From: an uncultured Dictyoglomota bacterium
GTDB lineage: Bacteria; Dictyoglomota; Dictyoglomia; Dictyoglomales; Dictyoglomaceae
Direction of reading: 5' to 3'
Length of the DNA: 64,000 nucleotides
Assembly: GCA_964654465.1 (NCBI GenBank)
Contig: CAZZIO010000035.1
Location: 1 to 64,000 of the forward strand
Below, piece by piece: positions 51,784 to 62,484 of the stretch. The translations under genes and the position numbers were made by a program. The notes beneath the pieces are model-generated. The model did not search any database and was not told the origin of the DNA. It saw nothing but the letters and a program-made list of their open reading frames with translations. The stretch's first letter is position 1; the number at the start of each line of letters is the position of its first letter.

Positions 51784-52086
51784 TTATTCTTCCCTTTTTA
51801 AAATTCTAGGAATTTTGAATCCATCTTCCTCCACTTCAGGGGCATTCATAAAAATTTCTTCCTTAGGAATACTCTTTCTAATATCATCCTCTCTCCACAC
51901 ATTGGACAAAGGTAATACATGTGCCATTGGCTCTACATTAGTAGTGTCTAATTCTTGAAGTTTATTAAAATAATCAAGAATACTTTGTAATTGACGAGAA
52001 AATAATTCTTCTTCTTCTAGCGTTAGATATAATCTCGCCAGATGAGCAGTTTTCTTTAGTTGATTTTTAAAATCTTGTTTTTCCAT
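51784..52086 (-). CDS. gatC: Asp/Glu-tRNA amidotransferase subunit C
   Basis: AHLARL, WRED and NAP..GFKIPRI motifs. Confidence 0.94.
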   Translation of the reverse strand: MEKQDFKNQLKKTAHLARLYLTLEEEELFSRQLQSILDYFNKLQELDTTNVEPMAHVLPLSNVWREDDIRKSIPKEEIFMNAPEVEEDGFKIPRILKREE

Positions 52087-52087
52087 A

Positions 52088-53077
52088 TCAATATAAATGG
52101 CAAGCCACAAAATGATTTGGTTTTACTTCTTTTAATTCAGGCTCAACTTTTGAACATACATCCATTACGCTTGGACATCTGGTATGAAACCTACAACCAG
52201 TTGGTGGATTTAAAGGACTTGGTATATCTCCTGTAAGTACTATCTTTTTTCTTTTTTCTTCTAATTCAGGATCTGGTATAGGTATAGCAGAAAGAAGAGC
52301 TTGAGTATAAGGATGCAGTGGAGAAGTATATAAATCATCATTTTCTGAAAGTTCTACAATCTTACCTAAGTACATAACAGCTATCCTATCACATATATGT
52401 CTTATAACAGCTAAATCGTGAGATATAAATAAATAAGTTAATTTAAATTCTTTTTGTAAATCTTGAAGTAAATTTATAATCTGAGATCTTATAGATACAT
52501 CCAATGCAGATGTTGGTTCGTCAGCAACTATAAATTTTGGATTTAATGCAAGGGCTCTTGCTATTCCAATCCTTTGCCTTTGACCCCCAGAAAATTCATG
52601 AGGATAACGGGTTGCATGGTAAGGAGCAAGACCTACAAGTTCTAATAACTCTTGTACCCTCTTCTCTCTCTCTTTTGAAGAAGATACTATTTTATGAACT
52701 TGTAACGGTTCACCTATTATTTCACTTATAGTCATTCTTGGATTTAATGATGAATATGGATCTTGGAATATAATTTGCATATCTTTTCTTATTCTTCTTA
52801 GAGCACTATGGGGAAGTTTTGATATATCTACCCCATCGAAAATAATTTCACCATCTGTAGGATCTAAAAGTCTTATAATAGTTCTCGCTACCGTACTTTT
52901 CCCACAACCTGATTCTCCTACAAGACCTAATGTTTCTCCCCTTCTAATATAAAAGCTTAGTCCATCTACAGCTTTTACATCTCCCACATGTTTTGAAAAA
53001 ACGATGCCACTTTTTATTGGAAAATATTTTTTTAGATTTCTGACTTCTAAAATTACATCATCTGTATAGTTATTCAT
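52088..53077 (-). CDS. oppF: Opp/Dpp-family ABC ATPase, OppF-like
   Basis: [17 protein letters not shown] and C-terminal GCRFHTRC motifs. Confidence 0.92.
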   Translation of the reverse strand: MNNYTDDVILEVRNLKKYFPIKSGIVFSKHVGDVKAVDGLSFYIRRGETLGLVGESGCGKSTVARTIIRLLDPTDGEIIFDGVDISKLPHSALRRIRKDMQIIFQDPYSSLNPRMTISEIIGEPLQVHKIVSSSKEREKRVQELLELVGLAPYHATRYPHEFSGGQRQRIGIARALALNPKFIVADEPTSALDVSIRSQIINLLQDLQKEFKLTYLFISHDLAVIRHICDRIAVMYLGKIVELSENDDLYTSPLHPYTQALLSAIPIPDPELEEKRKKIVLTGDIPSPLNPPTGCRFHTRCPSVMDVCSKVEPELKEVKPNHFVACHLY

Positions 53078-54060
53078 ACTTTCACTCCAATTCCCTTAGC
53101 ATAAAAACAGCGAGAATAATGCCCAGGTTCTACCTCAATTAAATCAGGTATTTCTTCTAAACATCTATCAGTTTTATAAGGACACCTTTCAGCATAATAG
53201 CAATAACTTGGAAGGGCAACAAGATCTGGAGGTTGACCTTCTATAGCCTTCAATCTTTCTTTCCTTACATCAAGCCTTGGCACTGATTCAAGAAGTCCAA
53301 TTGTATAAGGATGAGATGGCTTTTTGAAGATAGTACGTACATCAGCAAACTCAACTACTTTCCCAGCATACATAACAAGCACATTTTTACAAGTTTCTGC
53401 TACTATTCCCATATCGTGAGTTATTAATATAAGAGACATTCCTAATTCTTTTTGAAGTTGTTTAATTAATTCTATAATCTGAGCTTGAATTGTAACATCT
53501 AAAGCAGTAGTAGGCTCATCAGCTATAAGGATTTCAGGACTACATGATAGTGCAATTGCTATCATTACTCTTTGTCTCATTCCACCACTAAATTGATGAG
53601 GATATTCATCAATTCTTTTAGATGCCTCCGGTATTCTAACAAGTTCTAACATCTCAATAGCTTTTTTTCTTGCTGAAACCTTATCTAGTTTTTGGTGTAG
53701 AATTATAGCTTCCATTATTTGATCCCCTATTGTAAAAACAGGATTGAGAGAGGTCATTGGATCTTGAAATATCATAGATATTTTGTTCCCGCGCACCTCT
53801 CTCATTTCCTCTTCTTTCTTTTTAAGAAGATCTTCTCCTCTAAATATTATCTCTCCACCAACAATCTTTCCAGGAGGATCTTGTATGAGTCTCATGATAG
53901 AGAGAGCAGTTACACTTTTACCACTTCCTGATTCTCCCACAATTCCTAAACTCTCTCCCTTTTTTAAACCAAAGGATACATCATCTACTGCTTTAACGAT
54001 TCCTTCATCTGTAAAAAAATATGTTCTTAGATTTTTTACCTCTAACAAACAATCTTCCAC
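53074..54060 (-). CDS. oppD: Opp/Dpp-family ABC ATPase, OppD-like
   Basis: [16 protein letters not shown] and HPYT motifs. Confidence 0.92.
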   Translation of the reverse strand: MEDCLLEVKNLRTYFFTDEGIVKAVDDVSFGLKKGESLGIVGESGSGKSVTALSIMRLIQDPPGKIVGGEIIFRGEDLLKKKEEEMREVRGNKISMIFQDPMTSLNPVFTIGDQIMEAIILHQKLDKVSARKKAIEMLELVRIPEASKRIDEYPHQFSGGMRQRVMIAIALSCSPEILIADEPTTALDVTIQAQIIELIKQLQKELGMSLILITHDMGIVAETCKNVLVMYAGKVVEFADVRTIFKKPSHPYTIGLLESVPRLDVRKERLKAIEGQPPDLVALPSYCYYAERCPYKTDRCLEEIPDLIEVEPGHYSRCFYAKGIGVKV

Positions 54061-54086
54061 AACAATGATTCCTCCGTCAGCTAATT

Positions 54087-54124
54087 AAAATAAAACCCTT
54101 CCCTGAGTATTGGGGAAGAGTTTC
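54087..54124 (-). terminator. Probable intrinsic terminator after tRNA-Leu
   Basis: AAACTCTTCCC..GGGAAGGGTTT-TATTTT on the minus strand. Confidence 0.6.
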
Positions 54125-54135
54125 ATATTCTAATT

Positions 54136-54223
54136 TGGTGCCGAGGCCGGGATTTGAACCCGGACGGGCGTAAGCCCATAGCACCCTCAATGCTACGTGT
54201 CTGCCAAATTCCACCACCTCGGC
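54136..54223 (-). tRNA. tRNA-Leu (anticodon GAG) with encoded CCA
   Basis: GCCGAGG acceptor stem, anticodon arm TAGCA-TTGAGGG-TGCTA, long variable arm, GGTTCAAATCC T-arm, ACCA end. Confidence 0.97.
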
Positions 54224-54237
54224 ATTTCTTGATTTTG

Positions 54238-54266
54238 ATTATATAAATACTATAAACCGATGTCAA
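54238..54266 (-). promoter_or_regulatory. Consensus promoter TTGACA-N17-TATAAT for tRNA-Leu
   Basis: Perfect -35 (54266-54261) and -10 (54243-54238) on the minus strand. Confidence 0.88.
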
Positions 54267-54284
54267 GATTCTAAGATAATTTTG

Positions 54285-55352
54285 TTATTTAGAAGAAGAT
54301 CTTTTTGTAGTCTTTTCTTCTTTTGTCTCTGTTTTCTCACTCTCTTTGGGTTCTCCTGATACTTGAGAAGTTTCAAAACCCCATATCTTTCTTATTTCTC
54401 TTTCTATCTCATCAGCAAGTTCTGGATGCTCTTTAAGATATGTTTTTGCATTCTCCCTACCCTGCCCTAATCTTATATCTTTGTATATATACCATGTACC
54501 ACTTCTTTCAATAACTTTTGCTTCTACTCCAGCATCCAATATACATCCTTCTCTTGATATTCCCTCACCATATATTAATTCAAATTCACCTTCTTTAAAT
54601 GGAGGAGCTACTTTGTTCTTTACAACTTTAACTTTTACTTTTGTCCCTGTAACCTCACTTCCTTCTTTCATTGATTCTGCTTTCCTTACATCAATACGAA
54701 CTGAAGCATAGAATTTTAAAGCTCTTCCTCCAGGTGTAGTTTCGGGATTTCCAAAGAAAACTCCTACTTTTTCTCTTAATTGATTGATAAATATGGCTAC
54801 AGTTTTAGATTTGCTAATAACTCCAGTTAACTTTCTCAAAGCTTGAGACATAAGTCTTGCTTGCAAACCTATAAAGGCATCTCCCATCTCTCCCTCAAGC
54901 TCCGCTCTTGGCACTAAAGCAGCTACTGAATCTATGACAATCACATCTACACTGCCACTTCTTACAAGAATCTCAGCAATTTCTAATGCTTGTTCTCCAG
55001 TATCTGGTTGTGAGATAAGAAGATTTTCTAAATTTACTCCTATTCTTTTTGCATAATTTGGATCAAAAGCATGTTCAGCATCTATAAAAGCAGCAATTCC
55101 GCCTTGTTTTTGAGCAGAAGCAATAATCTGTAAGGCAACTGTTGTCTTACCAGAACCTTCTGGTCCAAAGAGTTCAATAATTCTTCCTCTCGGAACTCCT
55201 CCAACTCCTAAAGCATAATCCAAGGTAAGAATACCAGTCGGTATGACCGGTACCTCATATCTCTCATTACTTCCTAATTTCATTATGGAGCCTTTTCCAA
55301 ATTGTTTCTCAATCTGAAAAATTGCTGATTCTAATGCTTTCTCTTTTTCCAT
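54285..55352 (-). CDS. recA: Recombinase RecA
   Basis: [15 protein letters not shown] and [12 protein letters not shown] motifs. Confidence 0.99.
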   Translation of the reverse strand: MEKEKALESAIFQIEKQFGKGSIMKLGSNERYEVPVIPTGILTLDYALGVGGVPRGRIIELFGPEGSGKTTVALQIIASAQKQGGIAAFIDAEHAFDPNYAKRIGVNLENLLISQPDTGEQALEIAEILVRSGSVDVIVIDSVAALVPRAELEGEMGDAFIGLQARLMSQALRKLTGVISKSKTVAIFINQLREKVGVFFGNPETTPGGRALKFYASVRIDVRKAESMKEGSEVTGTKVKVKVVKNKVAPPFKEGEFELIYGEGISREGCILDAGVEAKVIERSGTWYIYKDIRLGQGRENAKTYLKEHPELADEIEREIRKIWGFETSQVSGEPKESEKTETKEEKTTKRSSSK

Positions 55353-55411
55353 ACTTTAATACACCTCAAAATTTTTTATATTTCTAAAAGTATTATAACA
55401 AGAGTAATTTT

Positions 55412-56452
55412 TTATAACAAGTTAATTTGAAAATTTTCGTCAATTTCGCGTTTTAGTTCTTTTGATAAAAGACTTATTAGAGCTGATTTAGGGGATTTTC
55501 CACTATACAATACTTCATAAACTTCTTCAGTAATAGGCATATAGATATTATATTTCTGGGAAAGATTATAAACTGATTTTACAGTATAAACTCCTTCTGC
55601 TACCATACCATGAAGTTCAGATAATGCCTCCTGTAAACTTTTCCCTTCTCCTACATATTTTCCTACCCTCCAATTTCTACTTAAAGTACTTGTAGCTGTA
55701 AGTACCAAATCTCCAAGTCCAGAAAGACCGAGTATAGTAAAAGGATTAGCTCCAAATAAAATAGCAAACCTATTAATTTCTGCCAAACCTCTTGTAATAA
55801 GACTTGCTTTTGCATTATATCCAAAATTTAAACCATCCGATATTCCAGCTGCTATTGCAATTACGTTCTTCAGAGCACCTCCTAATTCCACACCTACTAT
55901 ATCATCACTTCTATATACTCTCATAAAATCCATATTAAAAATATTTTGTAGAAATTCTGCAGTTACAATACTTGGAGAAGCAATCACCATAGCTAAGGGT
56001 TTTCTTTCCATCACCTCTTTTGCAAAACTTGGACCCGAAAAAATAGCAACTTGTCCCTGTTCAATATTAAGCTCTTCCATTATTATTTCAGAAGGCCTTT
56101 TAAGAGTTTCTATATCTATACCTTTTCCAGTGTTAACAAAATATGGAATATGGGTAAGATAATATCTATTCGATCTAATAAAATCTCTCAAGCCTTGAAC
56201 AGGAATACTCAAAATTGCTATCAGAGTATCCTTTGTGGCTAATTCTATATCACTTGTAATCTTTAAATTGGGATTTAACTTATACCCTTGAAGATAAAAG
56301 ATATTTTCTTTTTTTTCTTCTATAATTTTCGCCTTTTTGCTATCTCGTACCCAAAGAGTTACATCATAATTCTTTTCCGATAATATATCTGCTAATGTGG
56401 TTCCCCAACTTCCTCCACCAAAAACTGTAATTTTTATCTTTTTATTCTCCAA
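55412..56452 (-). CDS. gpsA: NAD(P)H-dependent glycerol-3-phosphate dehydrogenase
   Basis: [20 protein letters not shown] and GLGDLVLT motifs. Confidence 0.96.
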   Translation of the reverse strand: MENKKIKITVFGGGSWGTTLADILSEKNYDVTLWVRDSKKAKIIEEKKENIFYLQGYKLNPNLKITSDIELATKDTLIAILSIPVQGLRDFIRSNRYYLTHIPYFVNTGKGIDIETLKRPSEIIMEELNIEQGQVAIFSGPSFAKEVMERKPLAMVIASPSIVTAEFLQNIFNMDFMRVYRSDDIVGVELGGALKNVIAIAAGISDGLNFGYNAKASLITRGLAEINRFAILFGANPFTILGLSGLGDLVLTATSTLSRNWRVGKYVGEGKSLQEALSELHGMVAEGVYTVKSVYNLSQKYNIYMPITEEVYEVLYSGKSPKSALISLLSKELKREIDENFQINLL

Positions 56453-57039
56453 TCTATTTTATGTTCCTCCCCTCTTATAAGCCTCCTAATATTAGGTATA
56501 TGTCTATAAATAATAAAAAGACATACGATTACCACACAAATCATATATTCCATTACTGGTCTTTCTAAAGAATATAAAATAAAAGGATAAATAATAGCAG
56601 AGGTTATAGAAGCTATTGATTTGTATTTTGTTATACTCACAATTATTATGGCAATTATCAGAACAGTCAAAGAGGTTTTAGGGAAAAGATAAAAAAGAAT
56701 ACCAAAAGAAATCCCTACACTTCTTCCTCCTCTAAAATCAGCAAATATAGGAAAAGAATGTCCTATTACTGCAGAGATAACACATAATAAAATAGCTATA
56801 TGATCATTTTTAAGGATAAATGTTGCAAGATATACAGCTAAAACTCCCTTACCCACATCCATTAAGGCTGTAATAATAGCAGGTCCCCATCCAAGCACTC
56901 TAAGAACATTAGTAGCACCTAAATTACCACTTCCATGTTTTCTTACGTCTATACCTTTCCAAAGTTTACCCACAATTAATGCACTAGGTATAGATCCTAA
57001 TAGATAAGAAATCAACATTAATAAGATTTTTGTGATCAT
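56434..57039 (-). CDS. plsY: Glycerol-3-phosphate acyltransferase
   Basis: [17 protein letters not shown] and H..NIRRL motifs. Confidence 0.95.
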   Translation of the reverse strand: MITKILLMLISYLLGSIPSALIVGKLWKGIDVRKHGSGNLGATNVLRVLGWGPAIITALMDVGKGVLAVYLATFILKNDHIAILLCVISAVIGHSFPIFADFRGGRSVGISFGILFYLFPKTSLTVLIIAIIIVSITKYKSIASITSAIIYPFILYSLERPVMEYMICVVIVCLFIIYRHIPNIRRLIRGEEHKIDWRIKR

Positions 57040-57044
57040 GGCTT

Positions 57045-58391
57045 TTACTCCCTCTTTCTTACTTCTATTTTTATAGGAGTACCTGTCCAAGAAAAGTAAT
57101 TTCTAATATACTTTTCAAAATATTTTTGAACATTCTTATTCATGATTTCTGGTTCATTTACGAAGAAGACTATTCTTGGAGGAGAAGTTTCAACCTGTGT
57201 GGCATAATAAATTTTCAAGCTTTTACCCTTTTTTGAGAAGGAAACTCTACTTAAAGCTTCTTGAATTGCCATATTAATTTGAGATGTAGGAATTCTCATA
57301 TGACTTAGTCCATACAATTTGTCTACCCAAGGAATAATCTTTTTTACATTATATCCAGTAAGGGCAGATGTAAATATAAAGGGAAAATAATCGAAAGGAG
57401 AAAGTAAACTTGGAACTATTTTTTCAAACTCTCTTCTTTCTTTCAAAGAGGGAAATAAATCTGTTTTATTAAAAACAATTAAACAAGATTTTCCCTTATC
57501 TTCAATATAATGCAAAATTCTTTTCTCTTGATCTCTAATTCCTATCGAAAGGTCAACAACCATTATAGCTACATCCAATCTTTTTATAGTATTTAATGCT
57601 TTTCTTACTGATAATTCTTCGAGCTCTTCTTCAATTCTTGAGGGCCTTCTTAATCCTGGAGTATCAAGAATCATGTATTTCTTTCCATTAAATTCCCATA
57701 TTATATCCACTGTATCTCTGGTAGTTCCAGGAATTTCACTAACAATATTCCTATATTTACCTATCAAGGTATTTACTAAGGATGATTTACCGCTATTTGG
57801 TCTACCTACAAAAGCAAATTTTATTAACTGTTCTTCTTTTCCTACTTCTACATTTGGAATAAGGGATAATATTTTCTCAATAAGCTCAGTAAGATTTTGT
57901 TTATGAATAGCAGAGATAGGGAAAGGTTCACCTAAACCCAACACAGTAAAAGGAGAAAGATAAATTTCAGAATCAATTCTTCCTTCCATTTTATTTACTA
58001 CTAAAATTATCTTTTTTCCAGATTTCCTAAGAATCTCAGCAAATTCAAAATCAAGAGAAGTAAGCTCTGACCTTCCATCTACCACAAATAGTATAAGATC
58101 ACTTATTTCAATCACTTCATATATTTTTTCTTTAACAAGTTCACTTAAATCATCATTTAATCCATATCCTGCTGAATCTATAAGATAAAAAAACTTACCT
58201 TTATATTCGCAAAGGTGCACTAAAGGATCCCTAGTAACTCCAGGCTCATCAGCAACTATAGCTTTTTCCTCTCCTGCAATTCTATTAAAGAGCACAGATT
58301 TTCCTACATTAGGCCTTCCTACAATACTTACTACAGGGATTCCTACTTCTATACCAAATGTATCTCTAAGGGATGATGGGTTTCTAATAAT
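57045..58391 (-). CDS. der: Ribosome biogenesis GTPase Der/EngA (start uncertain, apparently non-canonical)
   Basis: Two G domains; G1 GRPNVGKS lies upstream of the called GTG (58295); no ATG/GTG/TTG in frame back to the stop at 58455-58457. Confidence 0.93.
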   Translation of the reverse strand: MIRNPSSLRDTFGIEVGIPVVSIVGRPNVGKSVLFNRIAGEEKAIVADEPGVTRDPLVHLCEYKGKFFYLIDSAGYGLNDDLSELVKEKIYEVIEISDLILFVVDGRSELTSLDFEFAEILRKSGKKIILVVNKMEGRIDSEIYLSPFTVLGLGEPFPISAIHKQNLTELIEKILSLIPNVEVGKEEQLIKFAFVGRPNSGKSSLVNTLIGKYRNIVSEIPGTTRDTVDIIWEFNGKKYMILDTPGLRRPSRIEEELEELSVRKALNTIKRLDVAIMVVDLSIGIRDQEKRILHYIEDKGKSCLIVFNKTDLFPSLKERREFEKIVPSLLSPFDYFPFIFTSALTGYNVKKIIPWVDKLYGLSHMRIPTSQINMAIQEALSRVSFSKKGKSLKIYYATQVETSPPRIVFFVNEPEIMNKNVQKYFEKYIRNYFSWTGTPIKIEVRKRE

Positions 58392-59200
58392 TTTAAAACC
58401 TCCTCTACAAAAGCATCTGGTGTAGATGTGCCTGTTATAATACCAATTTTTTGTTTATTATCAAACCATTCCATATCAATTTCTTCTAAGTTTTCTATAT
58501 GATAAGTAGGCACACTTTTAACTAAAATATTATACAATCTTCTTGTATTAGCACTATTTCTTCCTCCAAGAACTAACACTAATTCTACCATTTCTGATAA
58601 TATCTTTGCCTTTTCCTGCCTTTTCTCAACTTCAGGACATATGGTATTGAAAATCCTAATTTCCTTCCCTTTAGTTAGTATTAACTTTATAATCTCTTCC
58701 ACCTCTTCCCAACTTTGAGTCGTCTGAATAACTATACCTATTTTAGGAAATGACTCTACCATTATAGCATCATTAATATTTTCAATTACTATGCCTTTTT
58801 CTTCAGCATAACTCATTATACCAATCACTTCTGGATGTTTTTTCTCGCCAACAATTAATACTTTATAACCATTTTTTTTTAAAAATTCAGCTAATTTTTG
58901 TACCTTCTTAACCAAGGGACACGTTGCGTCATAAATTTCATTACCATACTCTTTATATTTTTCTACCTCCTTATATGGCAAACCATGAGCTCTTACAATA
59001 AGCTTTTTTCCCTCTGGAATTGACTTATTATTCCAAATTTTTATTCCTTTTCTTTCTAAATCTTCTATCACTTTTGGATTATGCACTAATGCACCTAATG
59101 TATATACTTCACCTTTTGTTTGTAAAATCTTTTCCGCTAAACTAATAGATTTCTTAACACCTGAACACCATCCATAAGGTGTTACCAAATATACCTTCAT
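58349..59200 (-). CDS. ispH: 4-hydroxy-3-methylbut-2-enyl diphosphate reductase
   Basis: GWCSGV, LVHN, DATCPLV, NTIC and SANT motifs. Confidence 0.95.
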   Translation of the reverse strand: MKVYLVTPYGWCSGVKKSISLAEKILQTKGEVYTLGALVHNPKVIEDLERKGIKIWNNKSIPEGKKLIVRAHGLPYKEVEKYKEYGNEIYDATCPLVKKVQKLAEFLKKNGYKVLIVGEKKHPEVIGIMSYAEEKGIVIENINDAIMVESFPKIGIVIQTTQSWEEVEEIIKLILTKGKEIRIFNTICPEVEKRQEKAKILSEMVELVLVLGGRNSANTRRLYNILVKSVPTYHIENLEEIDMEWFDNKQKIGIITGTSTPDAFVEEVLKLLETHHPLEIHLV

Positions 59201-59832
59201 TTTAAAAGCTCCGTAATACTTTCTTTAATCTTATCATTAAGATCTTTTATCTCTTCTTTAGTAGGTTTATTATTTTTTATAACAAAAATTGGTCCTCCTA
59301 TTTTTATAGTAATATTTCCTCCTAATTGAGGAATTACTTTTCTTCTTCTCCAGATCTTTTCAGTACCCTTAATTCCAATCGGAAGTATGGGAAGACCATG
59401 AGTAATTGCAAGAGTGGAAGCTCCATCCTTTATCTCAAGAAGTCCTTTCTCAGGATGTTCATTTCTTGTTCCCTCAGGAAAAATTACAATTATTTCATTT
59501 CCTTTTATAAGTCTTTTAATCTTTTTCCATGTTTCAAACCTAAAATCTCGTCTATCTACATCTATAGCTCCAAGCCATCTTAGAAAAGGGTTGAAAATCT
59601 TTGATTTAAAAAGCTCTTTTTTAGCAAGATAAAAAAGTCTCTTATCAAAGGCAGCACCTATAACAATAGGATCCAATAAACTGACATGGTTAGCAACCAC
59701 AATGAAAGAACCTTTAGGAATCTTTTCTTTCCCTTCAACTTTATAGCCCCATAAAATTTTTAATAGAAATCTTACAATATAAATAATTATTTTATAGAAA
59801 AAATAGGAAATTTCCTTCTTAATCCTTTTCAT
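59197..59832 (-). CDS. plsC: 1-acyl-glycerol-3-phosphate acyltransferase (PlsC family)
   Basis: NHVSLLD and FPEGTR motifs. Confidence 0.9.
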   Translation of the reverse strand: MKRIKKEISYFFYKIIIYIVRFLLKILWGYKVEGKEKIPKGSFIVVANHVSLLDPIVIGAAFDKRLFYLAKKELFKSKIFNPFLRWLGAIDVDRRDFRFETWKKIKRLIKGNEIIVIFPEGTRNEHPEKGLLEIKDGASTLAITHGLPILPIGIKGTEKIWRRRKVIPQLGGNITIKIGGPIFVIKNNKPTKEEIKDLNDKIKESITELLK

Positions 59833-60493
59833 TTTCTATCCTTGCTTCCATTAAAATTTGATTTATTATTTCCATCACTTTATTCGTAAATTCTTCTTCT
59901 TTCTTTCTATCATGTTCACCCTCATAAACTAATGGTTCTGAGTATATTACTTTTATTTTGCCAGATAAATGAGGAAATTTTTTCTCAGGAGGCCATATAT
60001 TATCAGCTCCAATTATAGCTGTAGGAATAACAGGAGCCTTAGTCTTCGCTGCAAAATAACCAATTCCTCTTTTGATTTTAACATCTCCATTATCTCTTCT
60101 TAAACGCGTGCCTTCTGGAAATATTAATAATACTTCACCTTCTCTTATAGCTTCTAAACCATCCTTTACAGCAGACAAATCAATATTTTCTCTTTTAACT
60201 GGAATTCCTCCCAAATATCTTGCAAATCTACCAAATATGGGATATTCGAATCGTTCTATTTTACCCAAAGCCTTAATAGGTCTTGGCAGGGTCGTAGCTA
60301 TAACCAAAACATCGAGACTACTCCTATGATTAGGAGCAATAATGACAGGCCCTTCTAATGGTATATTTTCAATACCATACACTTTCAAATTATAAAACCA
60401 TTTTAGTAATCTTCTAAGAACAACTGCAATACTTTTATAAACAAATATTTGAAACTTTTCCCTATATCTCCTCTTTTTCATAGGGTACTCCAT
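59819..60493 (-). CDS. plsC: Second PlsC-family acyltransferase
   Basis: NHRSSLD and FPEGTR motifs. Confidence 0.88.
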   Translation of the reverse strand: MEYPMKKRRYREKFQIFVYKSIAVVLRRLLKWFYNLKVYGIENIPLEGPVIIAPNHRSSLDVLVIATTLPRPIKALGKIERFEYPIFGRFARYLGGIPVKRENIDLSAVKDGLEAIREGEVLLIFPEGTRLRRDNGDVKIKRGIGYFAAKTKAPVIPTAIIGADNIWPPEKKFPHLSGKIKVIYSEPLVYEGEHDRKKEEEFTNKVMEIINQILMEARIENEKD

Positions 60494-61388
60494 CTGCCGA
60501 AGGAGGAGTAGATTTTCCTACAGCTCCTGCTAAAACTAACATAGTAAGAATATAAGGTATCATTTGTATAAATTGCGTTGGAATACCTACACCTTCTAGT
60601 CTCATTCTTAGAGCTTCAGCCAGACCGAAAAGTAAACATGCACCTAAGGAACCTATAGGATTCCAATTACCAAATATCATAGCAGCAAGAGCTATAAAAC
60701 CCCTTCCCCCGGTCATATTCTCGACAAAAACCCTCGCATGTTCTAAGGAAAGAAAGGCACCTCCTATACCCCCTAAAATTCCACTTATAAGCACACCTAT
60801 ATATCTGTATTTATAAACATTTACTCCCAATGTATCTGCTGCCTGTGGGTTTTCACCTACTGCCCTTATTCTTAAACCAAAGACTGTTCTATACAGTATA
60901 TATTGGGACAAAAAGACAAGAACAATCATAAGGATGATTAGTGGAGAAAGGTCTCTAAAAATTAACCCTATACCAGGGATTTTAGAAATGACTGGAATAT
61001 CTATATGTACAAAACCCTCAATGTGGGGAGAAGATCCTGCAGCTTTAAATATCAGCCTTGACAAAAAAGTGGTACCTCCAACAGCTAACATGTTTAATGC
61101 TGTACCACTTACTATCTGATTTACTCTAAACTTAATCGATACCACTGCATGAATAAATGCAACAATTGAACCAGCAATTATAGAGAATAATAATCCAATT
61201 AAAGGATTTTTAAAAAAATATGTTCCAACTGCAGCAAAAAATGCTCCAAATAACATAATACCTTCTAAAGCTATATTCACTACTCCACTTCTTTCCGAAA
61301 AAACTCCCCCTAAGGATGCATAAGCAAGTGGAGTTGCCATTCTTATAGCAGAAGTTATGGTTTCCCAGGCAAAAATTGTTTCAAGCAT
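60462..61388 (-). CDS. Nucleoside-type (CUT2) ABC permease
   Basis: SERSGVVNIALEG and GRGFIALAAMIFG motifs. Confidence 0.9.
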   Translation of the reverse strand: MLETIFAWETITSAIRMATPLAYASLGGVFSERSGVVNIALEGIMLFGAFFAAVGTYFFKNPLIGLLFSIIAGSIVAFIHAVVSIKFRVNQIVSGTALNMLAVGGTTFLSRLIFKAAGSSPHIEGFVHIDIPVISKIPGIGLIFRDLSPLIILMIVLVFLSQYILYRTVFGLRIRAVGENPQAADTLGVNVYKYRYIGVLISGILGGIGGAFLSLEHARVFVENMTGGRGFIALAAMIFGNWNPIGSLGACLLFGLAEALRMRLEGVGIPTQFIQMIPYILTMLVLAGAVGKSTPPSADGVPYEKEEI

Positions 61389-62484
61389 ATGTAACTTTCC
61401 TCCTTTTTTTCAGAAAGCGAATGAGTACTTCGTTACTTACCACAATAGTTAATATTATGACTGCTTGTAGGACTGAAATTATTTCTCTTGGTATATGAGT
61501 AAAAACATCCATACCAATAGCCATTCTATTTAATGCACCAAAAAGAAGTGCAGAAAATATTATGCCTACAGGGTGATTTTTCCCAAGTAGAGCAACTGCT
61601 ATTCCAGTAAAACCAAGTCCGTGAGAAAAATTATCAAGATATCTGTATCTATATCCTAAAACATCGTTTATACTAGCAAGTCCAGCTATAGCACCACTTA
61701 TTAACATAGTTACCAATATGACATTTTTCACATTTATACCTGCATTCTCTGATGCATGTATATTAAGCCCCAAAGCTCTTATCTCATAGCCTAATTTAGT
61801 TTTCCATAATAAATAGTAAGTAACTATAACCATTAATGTAGCAATTACCAATGCATAATTTACAGGGTTACTTTCTGGTATATTAATACCTATCTTTTGA
61901 AAAATTGAATACAGCTTAGGTAGAACTGCTGAAGGAGGCAATTTATCAGTTTGTGGTAATGGATATAAAACTCCTTTTTCTCTAAAAGTATTAACAACTA
62001 AATAATTAGTAAGAGCATAACCTATCCAATTCATCATTATGGTATTAATAACTTCATGGACCCCTAATCTTGCCTTTAATATGGCAGGAACAAATGCCCA
62101 AATAGCTCCACCTAAAGCAGAAAAAACAAGAGTAATGGGTAAGTGTAGAAAGGGTGGAAATAACGGAGCTATATAAAGACCTGCCAAAGCAGATACTAAT
62201 CCTCCTACAAGAATTTGCCCTTCTGCACCAATATTAAAAAGACCTCCTTTAAAACCAATAGCTACTGCTAATCCAGCTAATATAAAAGAGGTGGTATTAA
62301 ATAATACATAACCCCATCCATTTGGATTTCCAAGAGAAAAATTTATCACTTCTCTATATGTTTCCCATGGATTATGTCCAAGTAAATAAATAATAATCCC
62401 GCCAAAAAATAATGCTATAAATATTGATATTAAAGGACTTATTATACTGAGAATTAAGTTTTCTATAAATTCCCGATTTTTCAA
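61381..62484 (-). CDS. Nucleoside-type (CUT2) ABC permease
   Basis: GLFNIGAEGQ, EVINTIMMN and GFTGIAVALLG motifs. Confidence 0.9.
   Translation of the reverse strand: MKNREFIENLILSIISPLISIFIALFFGGIIIYLLGHNPWETYREVINFSLGNPNGWGYVLFNTTSFILAGLAVAIGFKGGLFNIGAEGQILVGGLVSALAGLYIAPLFPPFLHLPITLVFSALGGAIWAFVPAILKARLGVHEVINTIMMNWIGYALTNYLVVNTFREKGVLYPLPQTDKLPPSAVLPKLYSIFQKIGINIPESNPVNYALVIATLMVIVTYYLLWKTKLGYEIRALGLNIHASENAGINVKNVILVTMLISGAIAGLASINDVLGYRYRYLDNFSHGLGFTGIAVALLGKNHPVGIIFSALLFGALNRMAIGMDVFTHIPREIISVLQAVIILTIVVSNEVLIRFLKKRRKVTYA

Noticed and set aside
54136-54284. tRNA-Leu as an integration site
   Set aside because: No integrase, no duplicated tRNA 3' end noticed, and housekeeping genes on both sides
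55380-55425. Direct repeat CTTGTTATAA x2 upstream of recA as a possible SOS or competence box
   Set aside because: One copy is the extended -10 (TGtTATAAT) and the other is the gpsA end; no GAAC-N4-GTTC or CTGT-N8-ACAG site was seen
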